Positions 30,389 through 38,801 of a stretch of 64,000 nt of DNA are shown here, one piece after another (the first letter of the stretch is position 1; each line of letters opens with the position of its first letter). This DNA is from Chloroflexota bacterium (GTDB taxonomy: Bacteria > Chloroflexota > Dehalococcoidia > GIF9 > AB-539-J10). The position numbers were made by a program, and so were the translations under genes. The notes beneath the pieces were generated by a model that was not told the origin of the DNA, made no database searches, and saw only the letters and a program-made list of their open reading frames with translations. The DNA lies in NCBI GenBank assembly GCA_037444365.1, contig JBBIMO010000004.1, positions 1,061-65,060 of the forward strand. Reading direction: 5' to 3'.

Positions 30389-30431
30389 GGGACTATTGAC
30401 ACATTCTCATACCCGATGTAGATTTAGTCCC
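30389..30431 (+). promoter_or_regulatory. candidate promoter (TTGACA-17-TAGATT) bracketed by 7-bp inverted repeat GGGACTA/TAGTCCC
   Basis: TTGACA at 30396-30401, TAGATT at 30419-30424. The IR arms at 30389-30395 and 30425-30431 flank the promoter upstream of the DUF4870 gene. Confidence 0.3.
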
Positions 30432-30436
30432 GGGAG

Positions 30437-30925
30437 GTGAATGTGTTCTGCTCTAAGTGTGGTGCCGAAAATGCCGAGACGGCTAGGTTTTGCTTCAAGT
30501 GTGGCGCCAAGCTAGGTGCGACGGAAACTCCAGCACCATCTGAAGGCGCACCCAAGCCCGAATCAGAGAGTAGCACAGGTCTATCAGCCAACGTGGCTGG
30601 GCTCCTTTGCTACGTGCTCGGTTGGGTAACGGGAATAGTATTCGTGGTCCTTGAGAAGAAGAGCGGCTTCGTCAAGTTCCACGCCTGGCAGTCCATCATG
30701 ACATTTGGAGTGCTGACACAAGTGCAGCTTTTCTTGTTGCTAATGGGTGGCATCGCAGGAGCCACCTTTGCGCCCGGTTTGTGGTCATTCGCATTGGTCC
30801 TGACCCTGATTGTCGGCATCCTGATGTTCGTCTTGTGGATCATCCTGATAGTCCAGGCGGGAACAGGCAAGATGTGGAGGGTGCCCATCGCAGGCGACTG
30901 GGCTGAGAAGCAAGCCAGCAAATAA
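30437..30925 (+). CDS. zinc-ribbon plus DUF4870-like membrane protein
   Basis: N-terminal CSKCGAENAETARFCFKCG zinc ribbon followed by TM helices. GTG start after GGGAGG. Confidence 0.55.
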   Translation: MNVFCSKCGAENAETARFCFKCGAKLGATETPAPSEGAPKPESESSTGLSANVAGLLCYVLGWVTGIVFVVLEKKSGFVKFHAWQSIMTFGVLTQVQLFLLLMGGIAGATFAPGLWSFALVLTLIVGILMFVLWIILIVQAGTGKMWRVPIAGDWAEKQASK

Positions 30926-31186
30926 GGTCTTCGAGGCGTTGATGGCCGGATCCTGATAGAGCAGGTAATTACCGGTCGTTCCCCTGACCCTAAGCCATAG
31001 GCAATCGCATAATCTCGTCTGCAATCGTGCCCTCTCCCTCTAACTCCTCCCACGAGAGGGAGGAGTACTGCAGGAGACCCTGCAATCGACCATAACGGCT
31101 GCGGCAGTGAGAAATCGCCGTGTTACCTGTGATCTGGCGCAAAACCTCCTTTGGGGATTATGCGGAGAGGTGTATAATAATGGCGT

Positions 31187-32878
31187 ATGGCTTCCGAGGT
31201 TTTCTACCGCAAGTGGCGGCCTCAGACCTTAAGCGAGGTGGTGGGGCAAGAGCCTGTGACTCAGACTCTGCGCCATGCTGTGGAGAGTGGGAAGATAGCT
31301 CATGCTTACCTTTTTTGCGGTCCACGAGGTACAGGTAAGACCAGCACGGCACGCATTTTGGCCAAAGCCGTCAACTGTCCTGAGCGAAAGGATGGCGAGC
31401 CGTGCAACTCCTGCGACATGTGCCGTTCCATCGCCGAAGGCAGGGCTCTGGATGTAATAGAGATAGATGCCGCCAGCAACCGTGGCATTGATGAAATTCG
31501 CAGCCTGCGAGAGAAGGCAAACTACTCCCCCAGCCTGGCTCGCTACAAGGTATATATCATCGACGAAGTCCACATGCTGACCGAGGCAGCCTGCAACGCG
31601 CTGTTGAAGACATTAGAGGAGCCACCACCTCATATAATCTTTGTTTTGGCTACCACGGAAGCACACAAGGTGATAACTACCATAGTATCAAGATGTCAGC
31701 GGTTTAATTTCCACCGCCTGAGACAGACGGAGATAGTGGACAAACTCAAGCTAATATGCAAGAAGGAGAAGATACACATCGATCTCACTTCCTTAGAGCT
31801 TATTGCCCGGGCCGCCACGGGGAGCCTGCGAGATGCTGAGAATATCTTGCAGCAGATGATTGCTTACTATGGCAATCGAATAGGGCTTGAGCAGATTCAA
31901 GCGGAGCTGGGCATCAGCCGGGATTCACGAGTCAGAGAACTGGCAAGATGTGTCATCAGCAGGGATGTGGCGGCCGGACTAAGAATCGTAAATAGCCTCA
32001 ACAGCGACGGTGTTGATCTGCGCCAGTTTAACATGGGATTGATAGAATACCTTCGAGGATTGCTGCTAACCAAATCCGGATGCGAAGAGGCGCTGGACGT
32101 TACCACTGAAGACTTAGCTGAAATGAGAAGCCTGGCACTCAATGTTCCTGTGAGTTATTTGCTTGAGGCAGTCAAGTCTTTCTCCAGCACGGATCTTCGC
32201 AGTGACAACTGCTCCGCTTTGTCCCTGGAAATGGCTTTGCTGAGCTGTGCCCTGTCGGCGGTAACGACACAAGAGCAGCCAGTTGCAGCCGACTCCTCCC
32301 ACCTGCAGAAATCTTCTGCGCCGGGTAAGCTGAGAACAACTGGTGCTCACAGGGCCAAAACTCAAACAAGTGAGCCTTCGGGAGAAGTCAGGAGCTGTGT
32401 GTCAGGAGATAGCTCGGAGGTGCTCACCGAGGCTCCTGTGGCACGGCTGCCCGAGCAGGTCGCGCCTGAAATTCCTGACGAGGCTCCTGCAGTAGCGGGC
32501 ACATCTCAGATTACGGGCAAAGAGACTTCGCAGGACATTGATTACGTACGTAGCCGCTGGAGAGAGTTCATCAAGTCCTTGCGAGGTGAAGGTTCCGGTG
32601 GTAACCTGGACGCTTTCTTGCGCAGCGCCTGTGACCCCATGGATCTTGAGGATGATACGCTGGTGCTGGGTTTCCGTTATCCCTTCCATAAAGAGAAAGT
32701 CGAAGACGGCAAATATCGGCATCTCGTGGAGAAAAAGCTTCAGGAGGTCTTTGGTCGGCCCTACAAGGTACGGTGTGTTCTGATTGATTCCAAAAGAGAG
32801 AGCCCGCCCCGGGCAAGAACACAAAACCCGGTAATCAAAGCCGCGCTGGAGATGGGCGCCAGGATTACTGAGCAATAG
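31187..32878 (+). CDS. dnaX: DNA polymerase III subunit gamma/tau
   Basis: MASEVFYRKWRPQTLSEVVGQEPV. Walker A box (GPRGTGKTS). Zn module (CNSCDMCRS). Confidence 0.95.
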   Translation: MASEVFYRKWRPQTLSEVVGQEPVTQTLRHAVESGKIAHAYLFCGPRGTGKTSTARILAKAVNCPERKDGEPCNSCDMCRSIAEGRALDVIEIDAASNRGIDEIRSLREKANYSPSLARYKVYIIDEVHMLTEAACNALLKTLEEPPPHIIFVLATTEAHKVITTIVSRCQRFNFHRLRQTEIVDKLKLICKKEKIHIDLTSLELIARAATGSLRDAENILQQMIAYYGNRIGLEQIQAELGISRDSRVRELARCVISRDVAAGLRIVNSLNSDGVDLRQFNMGLIEYLRGLLLTKSGCEEALDVTTEDLAEMRSLALNVPVSYLLEAVKSFSSTDLRSDNCSALSLEMALLSCALSAVTTQEQPVAADSSHLQKSSAPGKLRTTGAHRAKTQTSEPSGEVRSCVSGDSSEVLTEAPVARLPEQVAPEIPDEAPAVAGTSQITGKETSQDIDYVRSRWREFIKSLRGEGSGGNLDAFLRSACDPMDLEDDTLVLGFRYPFHKEKVEDGKYRHLVEKKLQEVFGRPYKVRCVLIDSKRESPPRARTQNPVIKAALEMGARITEQ

Positions 32879-32915
32879 CTGCAATCCTGAACAAAGCCTA
32901 GAGAAAGGTAATTAA

Positions 32916-33221
32916 ATGGACAAATCAATACTGCGTCAAGCCCAGCAACTTCAGGCCAAGCTAGCTAAAGCCCAGGAGGAACTGGGTAGCATGACGGTGG
33001 AGGCTAGCAGTGGAGGTGGCGCCGTCAAAGTGGTGATGGACGGACACCAAAAGCTGCATTCGGTGAAGATATCCCCCGAGGCGATAACCGCAGGAGATGT
33101 CGAGTTGTTGCAAGACTTAGTCATAACTGCTGTTAACGAAGCTGTGGGCAAGTCACAGGAACTTGTGAGCAAGCATCTAAGTAGCTTGACCGGTGGTTTC
33201 AATATACCGGGGTTACTCTAG
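32916..33221 (+). CDS. ybaB: nucleoid-associated protein YbaB/EbfC
   Basis: 101 aa. Immediately downstream of dnaX, as in the conserved dnaX-ybaB-recR cluster. Confidence 0.85.
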   Translation: MDKSILRQAQQLQAKLAKAQEELGSMTVEASSGGGAVKVVMDGHQKLHSVKISPEAITAGDVELLQDLVITAVNEAVGKSQELVSKHLSSLTGGFNIPGLL

Positions 33222-33286
33222 TGAGCTGTCAGCTGTCAAACACTCCAGAAGTCTTTCCGCGATGATCCAGACAGCGATAGGGTAAA

Positions 33287-33898
33287 GTGCCAGAGATGAT
33301 GAGAGCAGTTGCCGAGCCTATATCCAGGTTGATTGAAGAGTTGAATAGGCTGCCAGGAATAGGGCCCAAAAGTGCCAAACGGCTGGCTTACCATCTACTG
33401 CGCAGTCCTGATGAGGAAGCCAGGGCTTTGGCCGAGGCTATTCTGACGCTCAAGGAAAAGATCAAGCTTTGCTCAGTTTGTCTTAACAGCACGGATTGCG
33501 ACCCATGCCGCATCTGTCAGGATAAGGAGCGTGACCATTCCAAGATCTGTGTTGTGGAGAGACCTTCGGACATTCTTCCTCTGGAGCAGACTGGAAAATA
33601 CGACGGCGTTTATCATGTGCTACACGGAACTATCATCCCGACACAGGGTGTAGGACCTGAGGACCTGAAAGTAAGAGAGCTTCTGGCTCGTCTCAAAGAC
33701 GGCTCAGTAACCGAGGTGATTGTGGCAACCAATCCGAATGTCGAGAGCGAGACCATGGCCATGTATCTGCAGCGCCTCATCACGCCACTGGGCGTTCGTG
33801 TCACCCGTCTGGCTCGTGGTCTGCCTTTTGGTGCTGAGCTGGAATATGCTGATGACCTGACCCTGGGGCAAGCGCTGGAAAACAGGCGAGAATTCTGA
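33287..33898 (+). CDS. recR: recombination protein RecR
   Basis: HhH (LPGIGPKSAKRLAYHLL), Cys4 zinc finger (CSVCLNSTDCDPCRIC) and Toprim domain. Confidence 0.95.
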   Translation: MPEMMRAVAEPISRLIEELNRLPGIGPKSAKRLAYHLLRSPDEEARALAEAILTLKEKIKLCSVCLNSTDCDPCRICQDKERDHSKICVVERPSDILPLEQTGKYDGVYHVLHGTIIPTQGVGPEDLKVRELLARLKDGSVTEVIVATNPNVESETMAMYLQRLITPLGVRVTRLARGLPFGAELEYADDLTLGQALENRREF

Positions 33899-33969
33899 CA
33901 AGGTGCCCAGGGCGTCACCTCGAAGATAAAACAGACATCCTGCATAGAGATAATCTTTCCCAGAAGTGC

Positions 33970-33996
33970 TTGACCGTGCGCAAAATGTGATACAAT
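33970..33996 (+). promoter_or_regulatory. candidate promoter for the beta-helix gene A leader (TTGACC ... TGaTACAAT extended -10)
   Basis: TTGACC at 33970-33975. Extended -10 TGATACAAT at 33988-33996. The spacer is short (15 nt). Confidence 0.35.
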
Positions 33997-34074
33997 GACA
34001 AAGGAGAGGCTCCTGGGAAATTCGATCTATGGCGTTGATTATCCTATACGCTGATCAGGAGATGAGGTGCGACG

Positions 34075-34188
34075 GTGACAGAATGGCGGGGAAGAGAGAC
34101 TGCAGGGAGTAATGAGAGGGCGACCTTAGCTGGTCGCAGCGTAACTGGTGACAGAACCGACCTTCAAAAGGTCGGTTCTGTGTTTTTC
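34075..34188 (+). promoter_or_regulatory. conserved 5' leader element with intrinsic-terminator-like hairpin (copy A) upstream of beta-helix gene A
   Basis: About 70% nt identity to 36729-36831. The hairpin has stems GAACCGACC (34154-34162) and GGTCGGTTC (34170-34178), followed by TGTGTTTTTC. Confidence 0.5.
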
Positions 34189-34293
34189 GGGGATGGGGCT
34201 GCTTGTCGCACTGAAGGTTGCACAACAGACAAGCCCCGGGGTCTCTGGTTGAGGAGCCATAGGGCAACAAAGAAGCAATAGAAGGAGGAAGAA

Positions 34294-36507
34294 GTGAAAA
34301 GGCTACTTAGTATTGCGTTTGTCTTGGCGCTGGTGGTGAGCCTGGGACTGGTGACAACAGTGCCGGCCTCGGCAGCTAACACGATTCGTGTACCCGTTGA
34401 CTATCCCACTATCCAGGCAGCCATCAATGCTGCCTCGGACGGCGACACTATCATAGTAGCGGCGGGGTCGTACAAGGAGAATGTTGTCATCAACAAGTCG
34501 TTGACCTTACAGGGTACCAGGGCCGGGGTTGATGCCCGCAACCGCAGCGGTGCAGAAACGATTATTAACCCAGGCGGGGGAACTGGGATCAAGATAAGCA
34601 CCGCCAACCGTACTCCTAATACCTGTGTCGTCGTGATCGATGGCTTGACGGTGCAGAACGTCCAGCATGGAATCACAACTCCAGACCCGATAATGGCGGC
34701 CGAGATTACAGTCAAAAATGTACGCGTGTTGAACTCCAATAACTATAGCATTAGCCTTACCTTCACCCTCAAAGCAACGGTTGAGTATTGCTACGTAGCA
34801 GGTGCGGATGTAGCCATCAACGCGGGTGCTCTCGACCCGTTCCCTCCCACTGTGGCGACCTTCAGGAACAATGAGGCCGTAAATGCAGCCTTTGGCATCA
34901 CTGGCTATCTCAAGGAGTCCCTCATCGAAGGCAACCTGATAAGGGACTACACTAAGGCCGGCTCAGGCATCAGCGGCACCCTGCTGAACACCCACGTGAG
35001 AAACAACACAGTAAGAGGCTACACAAAGGGCGCGGGCATAAGTTTCGGGGGGCACTATGCCCGGCCTCTCTCCCAGAATGTGACTGTGGCACACAACAAT
35101 TTCACGCAGAATAACCTCGGTGTCTATGCCTTTCCTTCGCAGACAACGATTAGCGGAATCACCGTGAATTTCAACAACATCGCTGGGAATTCCTGGCATG
35201 GCGTCCTGAATGAAGGTGGCCAGACGTTGGACGCCACCAAGAACTGGTGGGGCAGCGCCAGCGGGCCCAGTGGTATAGGACCGGGCGGCGGCGATGCTAT
35301 CTCGACGAAGGTACTCTACTTACCCTGGCTGGGCGCCCGGTTCGGCACCAAGCCGATGACCTGGGGCGTGAATCCTACCGGTTCTATCCAAGACGCCATT
35401 GATGCCGCAGACCCTGGCGACATCATCGTAGCAGCGGCGGGAACATACCAACAGAACCTGAATATTGATAAGTCTCTAACCCTGAATTCAGCAGGCGGCT
35501 ATGAAGTGACCACCATTATCGGCACTGTCAACATGGAATTGCACGCTGAGACAGCCTTGTTGGGCGGGAACCGCACTGGATTCACCATCGATGCTGATGG
35601 CGGTGACTTTGCCATACGACTTTCCAGCGACAGCGGCAGCAGCGTCACCATCACTCATAATATCCTAACAAATGCCAAAGCTGGCATAACAACGCGTAAC
35701 AACCCGGTGAACAATAGCAACGTCACCATTAAGGATAACAAAATCCACAAGAACGACTACGGCATCTACTTGGAATCCGTTGCCGGCGCCAGTACTGTCC
35801 TCATCAGCCGCAACAGCCTCGCTCAAAACGACGACTACGGGCTCTATGTCAGAAACAGCACCATTGCCATCGATGCCACCTACAACTGGTGGGGCCATGC
35901 CAGCGGACCCGGCGGGAACGTGACCGACCCTGTGACCAGACGGGTTGCCAACGGCACAGGGGTCGCTATTCTCGGAAATGTCCGCTTTGACCCCTGGCTG
36001 ACGGCTTATCAATATACACTCACAATCTCCAGCACCGGTGGGGGATCGGTAATCAGACCTGGCCAGGGGACCTTTAGCTATGACGCGGGAACGACGGTCG
36101 AGCTGATAGCAATGCCAAGAGCCTTTTTCTACAGCTTCGACAAGTGGACCGGAGATGTGCGCAACATCGCTGATGTCACTAATCCGGCGACCAATATCAC
36201 TATGAACGGCGATTACTCCATCGCCGCCAATTTCAAAGGTTTCTGGGAGTGCTTCATCGCCACCGCAGCCTATGGCACCGACACAGCACAGCAAATAGGG
36301 ATCTTGAGAGAGTTTAGGGATACGATCCTACTGCGCAATTGCCTGGGCGCTCAGTTTGTGTTCTTCTACTACAAGACCAGCCCTCCCGTTGCCAGCCTTA
36401 TCGCCAGACACGAGGTTGTGAGAACAGCAGTCAGAGTGGGCTTTGTTGACCCAATTGTGCAAATATTGACTTGGACCCACACTTTATGGTCAAAGAGCGA
36501 TTCATGA
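34294..36507 (+). CDS. secreted right-handed parallel beta-helix repeat protein (two PbH1 modules) with conserved Cys-initiated C-terminal domain
   Basis: Signal peptide MKRLLSIAFVLALVVSLGLVTTVPASA. Beta-helix starts (TIQAAINAASDGDTIIVAAGSYKENVVINKSLTLQG and a second SIQDAIDAADPGDIIVAAAGTYQQNLNIDKSLTLN). NWWGSASGP and NWWGHASGP motifs. C-terminal CFIATAAYGTD ... LTWTHTLWSKSDS domain. Confidence 0.8.
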   Translation: MKRLLSIAFVLALVVSLGLVTTVPASAANTIRVPVDYPTIQAAINAASDGDTIIVAAGSYKENVVINKSLTLQGTRAGVDARNRSGAETIINPGGGTGIKISTANRTPNTCVVVIDGLTVQNVQHGITTPDPIMAAEITVKNVRVLNSNNYSISLTFTLKATVEYCYVAGADVAINAGALDPFPPTVATFRNNEAVNAAFGITGYLKESLIEGNLIRDYTKAGSGISGTLLNTHVRNNTVRGYTKGAGISFGGHYARPLSQNVTVAHNNFTQNNLGVYAFPSQTTISGITVNFNNIAGNSWHGVLNEGGQTLDATKNWWGSASGPSGIGPGGGDAISTKVLYLPWLGARFGTKPMTWGVNPTGSIQDAIDAADPGDIIVAAAGTYQQNLNIDKSLTLNSAGGYEVTTIIGTVNMELHAETALLGGNRTGFTIDADGGDFAIRLSSDSGSSVTITHNILTNAKAGITTRNNPVNNSNVTIKDNKIHKNDYGIYLESVAGASTVLISRNSLAQNDDYGLYVRNSTIAIDATYNWWGHASGPGGNVTDPVTRRVANGTGVAILGNVRFDPWLTAYQYTLTISSTGGGSVIRPGQGTFSYDAGTTVELIAMPRAFFYSFDKWTGDVRNIADVTNPATNITMNGDYSIAANFKGFWECFIATAAYGTDTAQQIGILREFRDTILLRNCLGAQFVFFYYKTSPPVASLIARHEVVRTAVRVGFVDPIVQILTWTHTLWSKSDS

Positions 36508-36728
36508 GCTTAACAGTAATCCCGGTCACTCACTAAGCGCCAGAGAGTAAAAACGAGGAGGACATCAGAACAAAGGTATCGAAAACTCGCCGACTTTCTC
36601 CAACCTTAACAGCATCTTAACAGCTGAATGCTACTATGTCTGTTGTGAATGTGACAGGATTTTGGAAGAATTAGATTATCGGTTGTCATATGTGGTGACC
36701 GAGCAGTGAGGATCAGAAGTGACAGAAT

Positions 36729-36831
36729 GGCAGGGAAGAGAAACTACGGGAGGCTATGAGGAGGCGCCCATAGCTGACTACGGGGTAGACGACGATAGAA
36801 CCGACCTTCACAGGGTCGGCTTCGTGTTTTT
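36729..36831 (+). promoter_or_regulatory. conserved 5' leader element with terminator-like hairpin (copy B) upstream of beta-helix gene B
   Basis: Paralogous to 34075-34188. Hairpin GAACCGACC (36798-36806) and GGTCGGCTTC (36814-36823), followed by GTGTTTTT. Confidence 0.5.
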
Positions 36832-36940
36832 GAGGACGGTGATGCTTATGATGATAGTGAAACTCGTGCGATAGACAAGCCGTTAGTCCCCTGGTCGAGG
36901 GGCGACAAGACAGCAAGAAAGTGATGAAAGGAGAGAGGAA

Positions 36941-38398
36941 ATGAAGAAGATATTTGGCATCCTGTCTGCCCTGGTGCTGGTGGCGAGCCTGGGGCTGGTG
37001 ACGGCGGCGCCAGTTCTGGCAGACCCCTTGGGCACCATTAGACATGTGCCGAGTGTGTATCGCACTATCCAAGACGCCATAGATGCATCAGGCCCTGGCG
37101 ATGCCATTATGGTGGCAGCGGGGAACTACAGCGCCTTTCAAGTGATAGAAAAGACCAATATACGAATAATCGGCGCTGCGGGGACAACCGTCAATACCGC
37201 AGCCTTCTTTGCAACCAATGGCACGCCAATACATAACCCATGGGTCATGGCTGCGGTGTATAGGTCAGCAAACATCACTATCGAGGGTATCAACTTCGAT
37301 GGAATAGGTGTCACCGGAAAGAACGTGACCGTCGGTATCGCCTACGTTGACAGCACAGGGAAAATTGCTGACCTGACCGTGAAAAACATGAGTGGCAACT
37401 CATCAGGGGTGGGGGTGGCTATCATAGGTTACGCAAGCAGCTCTGCCGTAGAGATGAAAGGGGCTGCCATTTCTAACAACCATATAGGCGTATTCGCCAG
37501 CGGTAATTCTGCCCTGCAAGCTCGTTTCAACAAGATCGTTGGCAACAGTTATTTTGGTGCCTGGAACTATGGAGGTGGCACGCTGAACGCTACCTACAAC
37601 TGGTGGGGACATGCCAGCGGGCCATATCACCCAATAGCTACCCCTAGCGGCACGGGCGACGCCGTCAGCGATAACGTGGATTTCAATCCCTGGCTGGAGG
37701 GCATAGTACAGACTGTAACCGATGGCATCGTTAATGCCAAGACCACGGCTAACACCGAGGTTGTGGTAAACGGCACAGCTACGGTAACTGTTTTTCGATA
37801 CGGTGTTAACCCCGGCGGCAACCCTCCAACCGGCATCCAGGCACTGGGTAAATGGGTCGATGTCTATGTTCCCGATACTTCGCAAGTCACTCAGATTGAG
37901 ATAAGGCTTTACTATACCGCTGCTGAAGTAGCTGGCATCGACGAATCGTCGCTGCGGCTTCGCTATTGGAACGGCACCACATGGATGCTGTGTTCAGACC
38001 GCGGAGTCAATACCACTGACGCTGGTGGCTACAGTGGTTACATGTGGGCAAAGATAAGAGCAAATACTAGTCCATCACTGGCCGACTTGCGAGGAGAGGA
38101 ATTTGGCGGGTACCATCCAGAATACCCTCCAACTGGAGGTTGTTTTATCGCTACGGCAGCCTATGGTACTGATGCAGCCAAGCAACTGGATTTGCTGAGA
38201 GAGTTCAGGGACACAGTTCTCCTGCCCAACAGCCTGGGCGCCAGGTTTTTGTCCTTATACTATAGAACCAGTCCTCCCATAGCCAATTCCATTGCTCGGC
38301 ATGACCTTCTGAGAACAGCAGTCAGGGTGGGCTTCGTGGACCCGATTGTGAGAATACTAACCTGGACCCACGATTTATGGTCGGCCAGGGACTCATGA
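36941..38398 (+). CDS. secreted right-handed parallel beta-helix repeat protein, paralog of 34294..36507
   Basis: Signal peptide MKKIFGILSALVLVASLGLVTAAPVLA. TIQDAIDASGPGDAIMVAAGNY motif and YNWWGHASGP. C-terminal domain about 75% identical to that of gene A (CFIATAAYGTDAAKQLDLLREFRDTVLL ... LTWTHDLWSARDS). Confidence 0.8.
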   Translation: MKKIFGILSALVLVASLGLVTAAPVLADPLGTIRHVPSVYRTIQDAIDASGPGDAIMVAAGNYSAFQVIEKTNIRIIGAAGTTVNTAAFFATNGTPIHNPWVMAAVYRSANITIEGINFDGIGVTGKNVTVGIAYVDSTGKIADLTVKNMSGNSSGVGVAIIGYASSSAVEMKGAAISNNHIGVFASGNSALQARFNKIVGNSYFGAWNYGGGTLNATYNWWGHASGPYHPIATPSGTGDAVSDNVDFNPWLEGIVQTVTDGIVNAKTTANTEVVVNGTATVTVFRYGVNPGGNPPTGIQALGKWVDVYVPDTSQVTQIEIRLYYTAAEVAGIDESSLRLRYWNGTTWMLCSDRGVNTTDAGGYSGYMWAKIRANTSPSLADLRGEEFGGYHPEYPPTGGCFIATAAYGTDAAKQLDLLREFRDTVLLPNSLGARFLSLYYRTSPPIANSIARHDLLRTAVRVGFVDPIVRILTWTHDLWSARDS

Positions 38399-38703
38399 GC
38401 TCAACAGCACTCTAGGGCACTAGGTAAGCATCAGGAGGAGTGAAGGGAACGGTGTAAGAGCCGAGGCTTCGCCTCGACCCTTGCTTTGTGCCCCTCTTGA
38501 CTTAGCCATCGTGGCAGCCTGGATTGCTATGGCGGCGTCATCATAGTTGGAACAAGCCGCTTTCTTGAGACAGGGCTCACCACATCCACCCGGGTATGGC
38601 AAAATGCTGAGCTACTTGTCAGGAAAGGAGTCCTAATGCGACGGCGCTCACCCCTATCCCGTGATTCACTGGTTTTCCTGTCAATGAAAAAGGGCTTGGG
38701 AAT

Positions 38704-38732
38704 TTGCCTGTCGGTGTGGCGTGAGCTATACT
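38704..38732 (+). promoter_or_regulatory. sigma70-like promoter (TTGCCT-17-TATACT) for the AbfD/HpaB-family gene
   Basis: TTGCCT at 38704-38709, 17-nt spacer, TATACT at 38727-38732. The ATG lies about 70 nt downstream. Confidence 0.45.
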
Positions 38733-38801
38733 ATGCACCACAATTGTCCCCGAATAACTGGACCATCAAATCTTCACTCATCACCAAGCGAGGAGGCAAG
38801 A

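Noticed and set aside
30926-31186. Possible SRP RNA (ffs) upstream of dnaX, as in many bacteria
   Set aside because: Searched the 260-nt intergenic region for the domain IV consensus (GGUCAGGUCCGGAAGGAAGCAGCC) and found no convincing match. There is only a pyrimidine/purine inverted repeat (31033-31065) without a U-tract.
31120-31338. ORF 31120..31338 (MAYGFRG...) starting 7 nt after the RBS upstream of dnaX
   Set aside because: Different frame from dnaX and no homology. dnaX clearly starts at ATG 31187 (MASEVFYRKWRPQ...).
36413-36507. C-terminal Cys-initiated domain of the beta-helix proteins as a split-intein N-fragment / Hint domain (Cys1 ... TxxH near the end)
   Set aside because: The segment is predicted strongly helical, not beta. 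It lacks the other Hint blocks and any partner C-intein. The TWTH resemblance to block B is probably coincidental.
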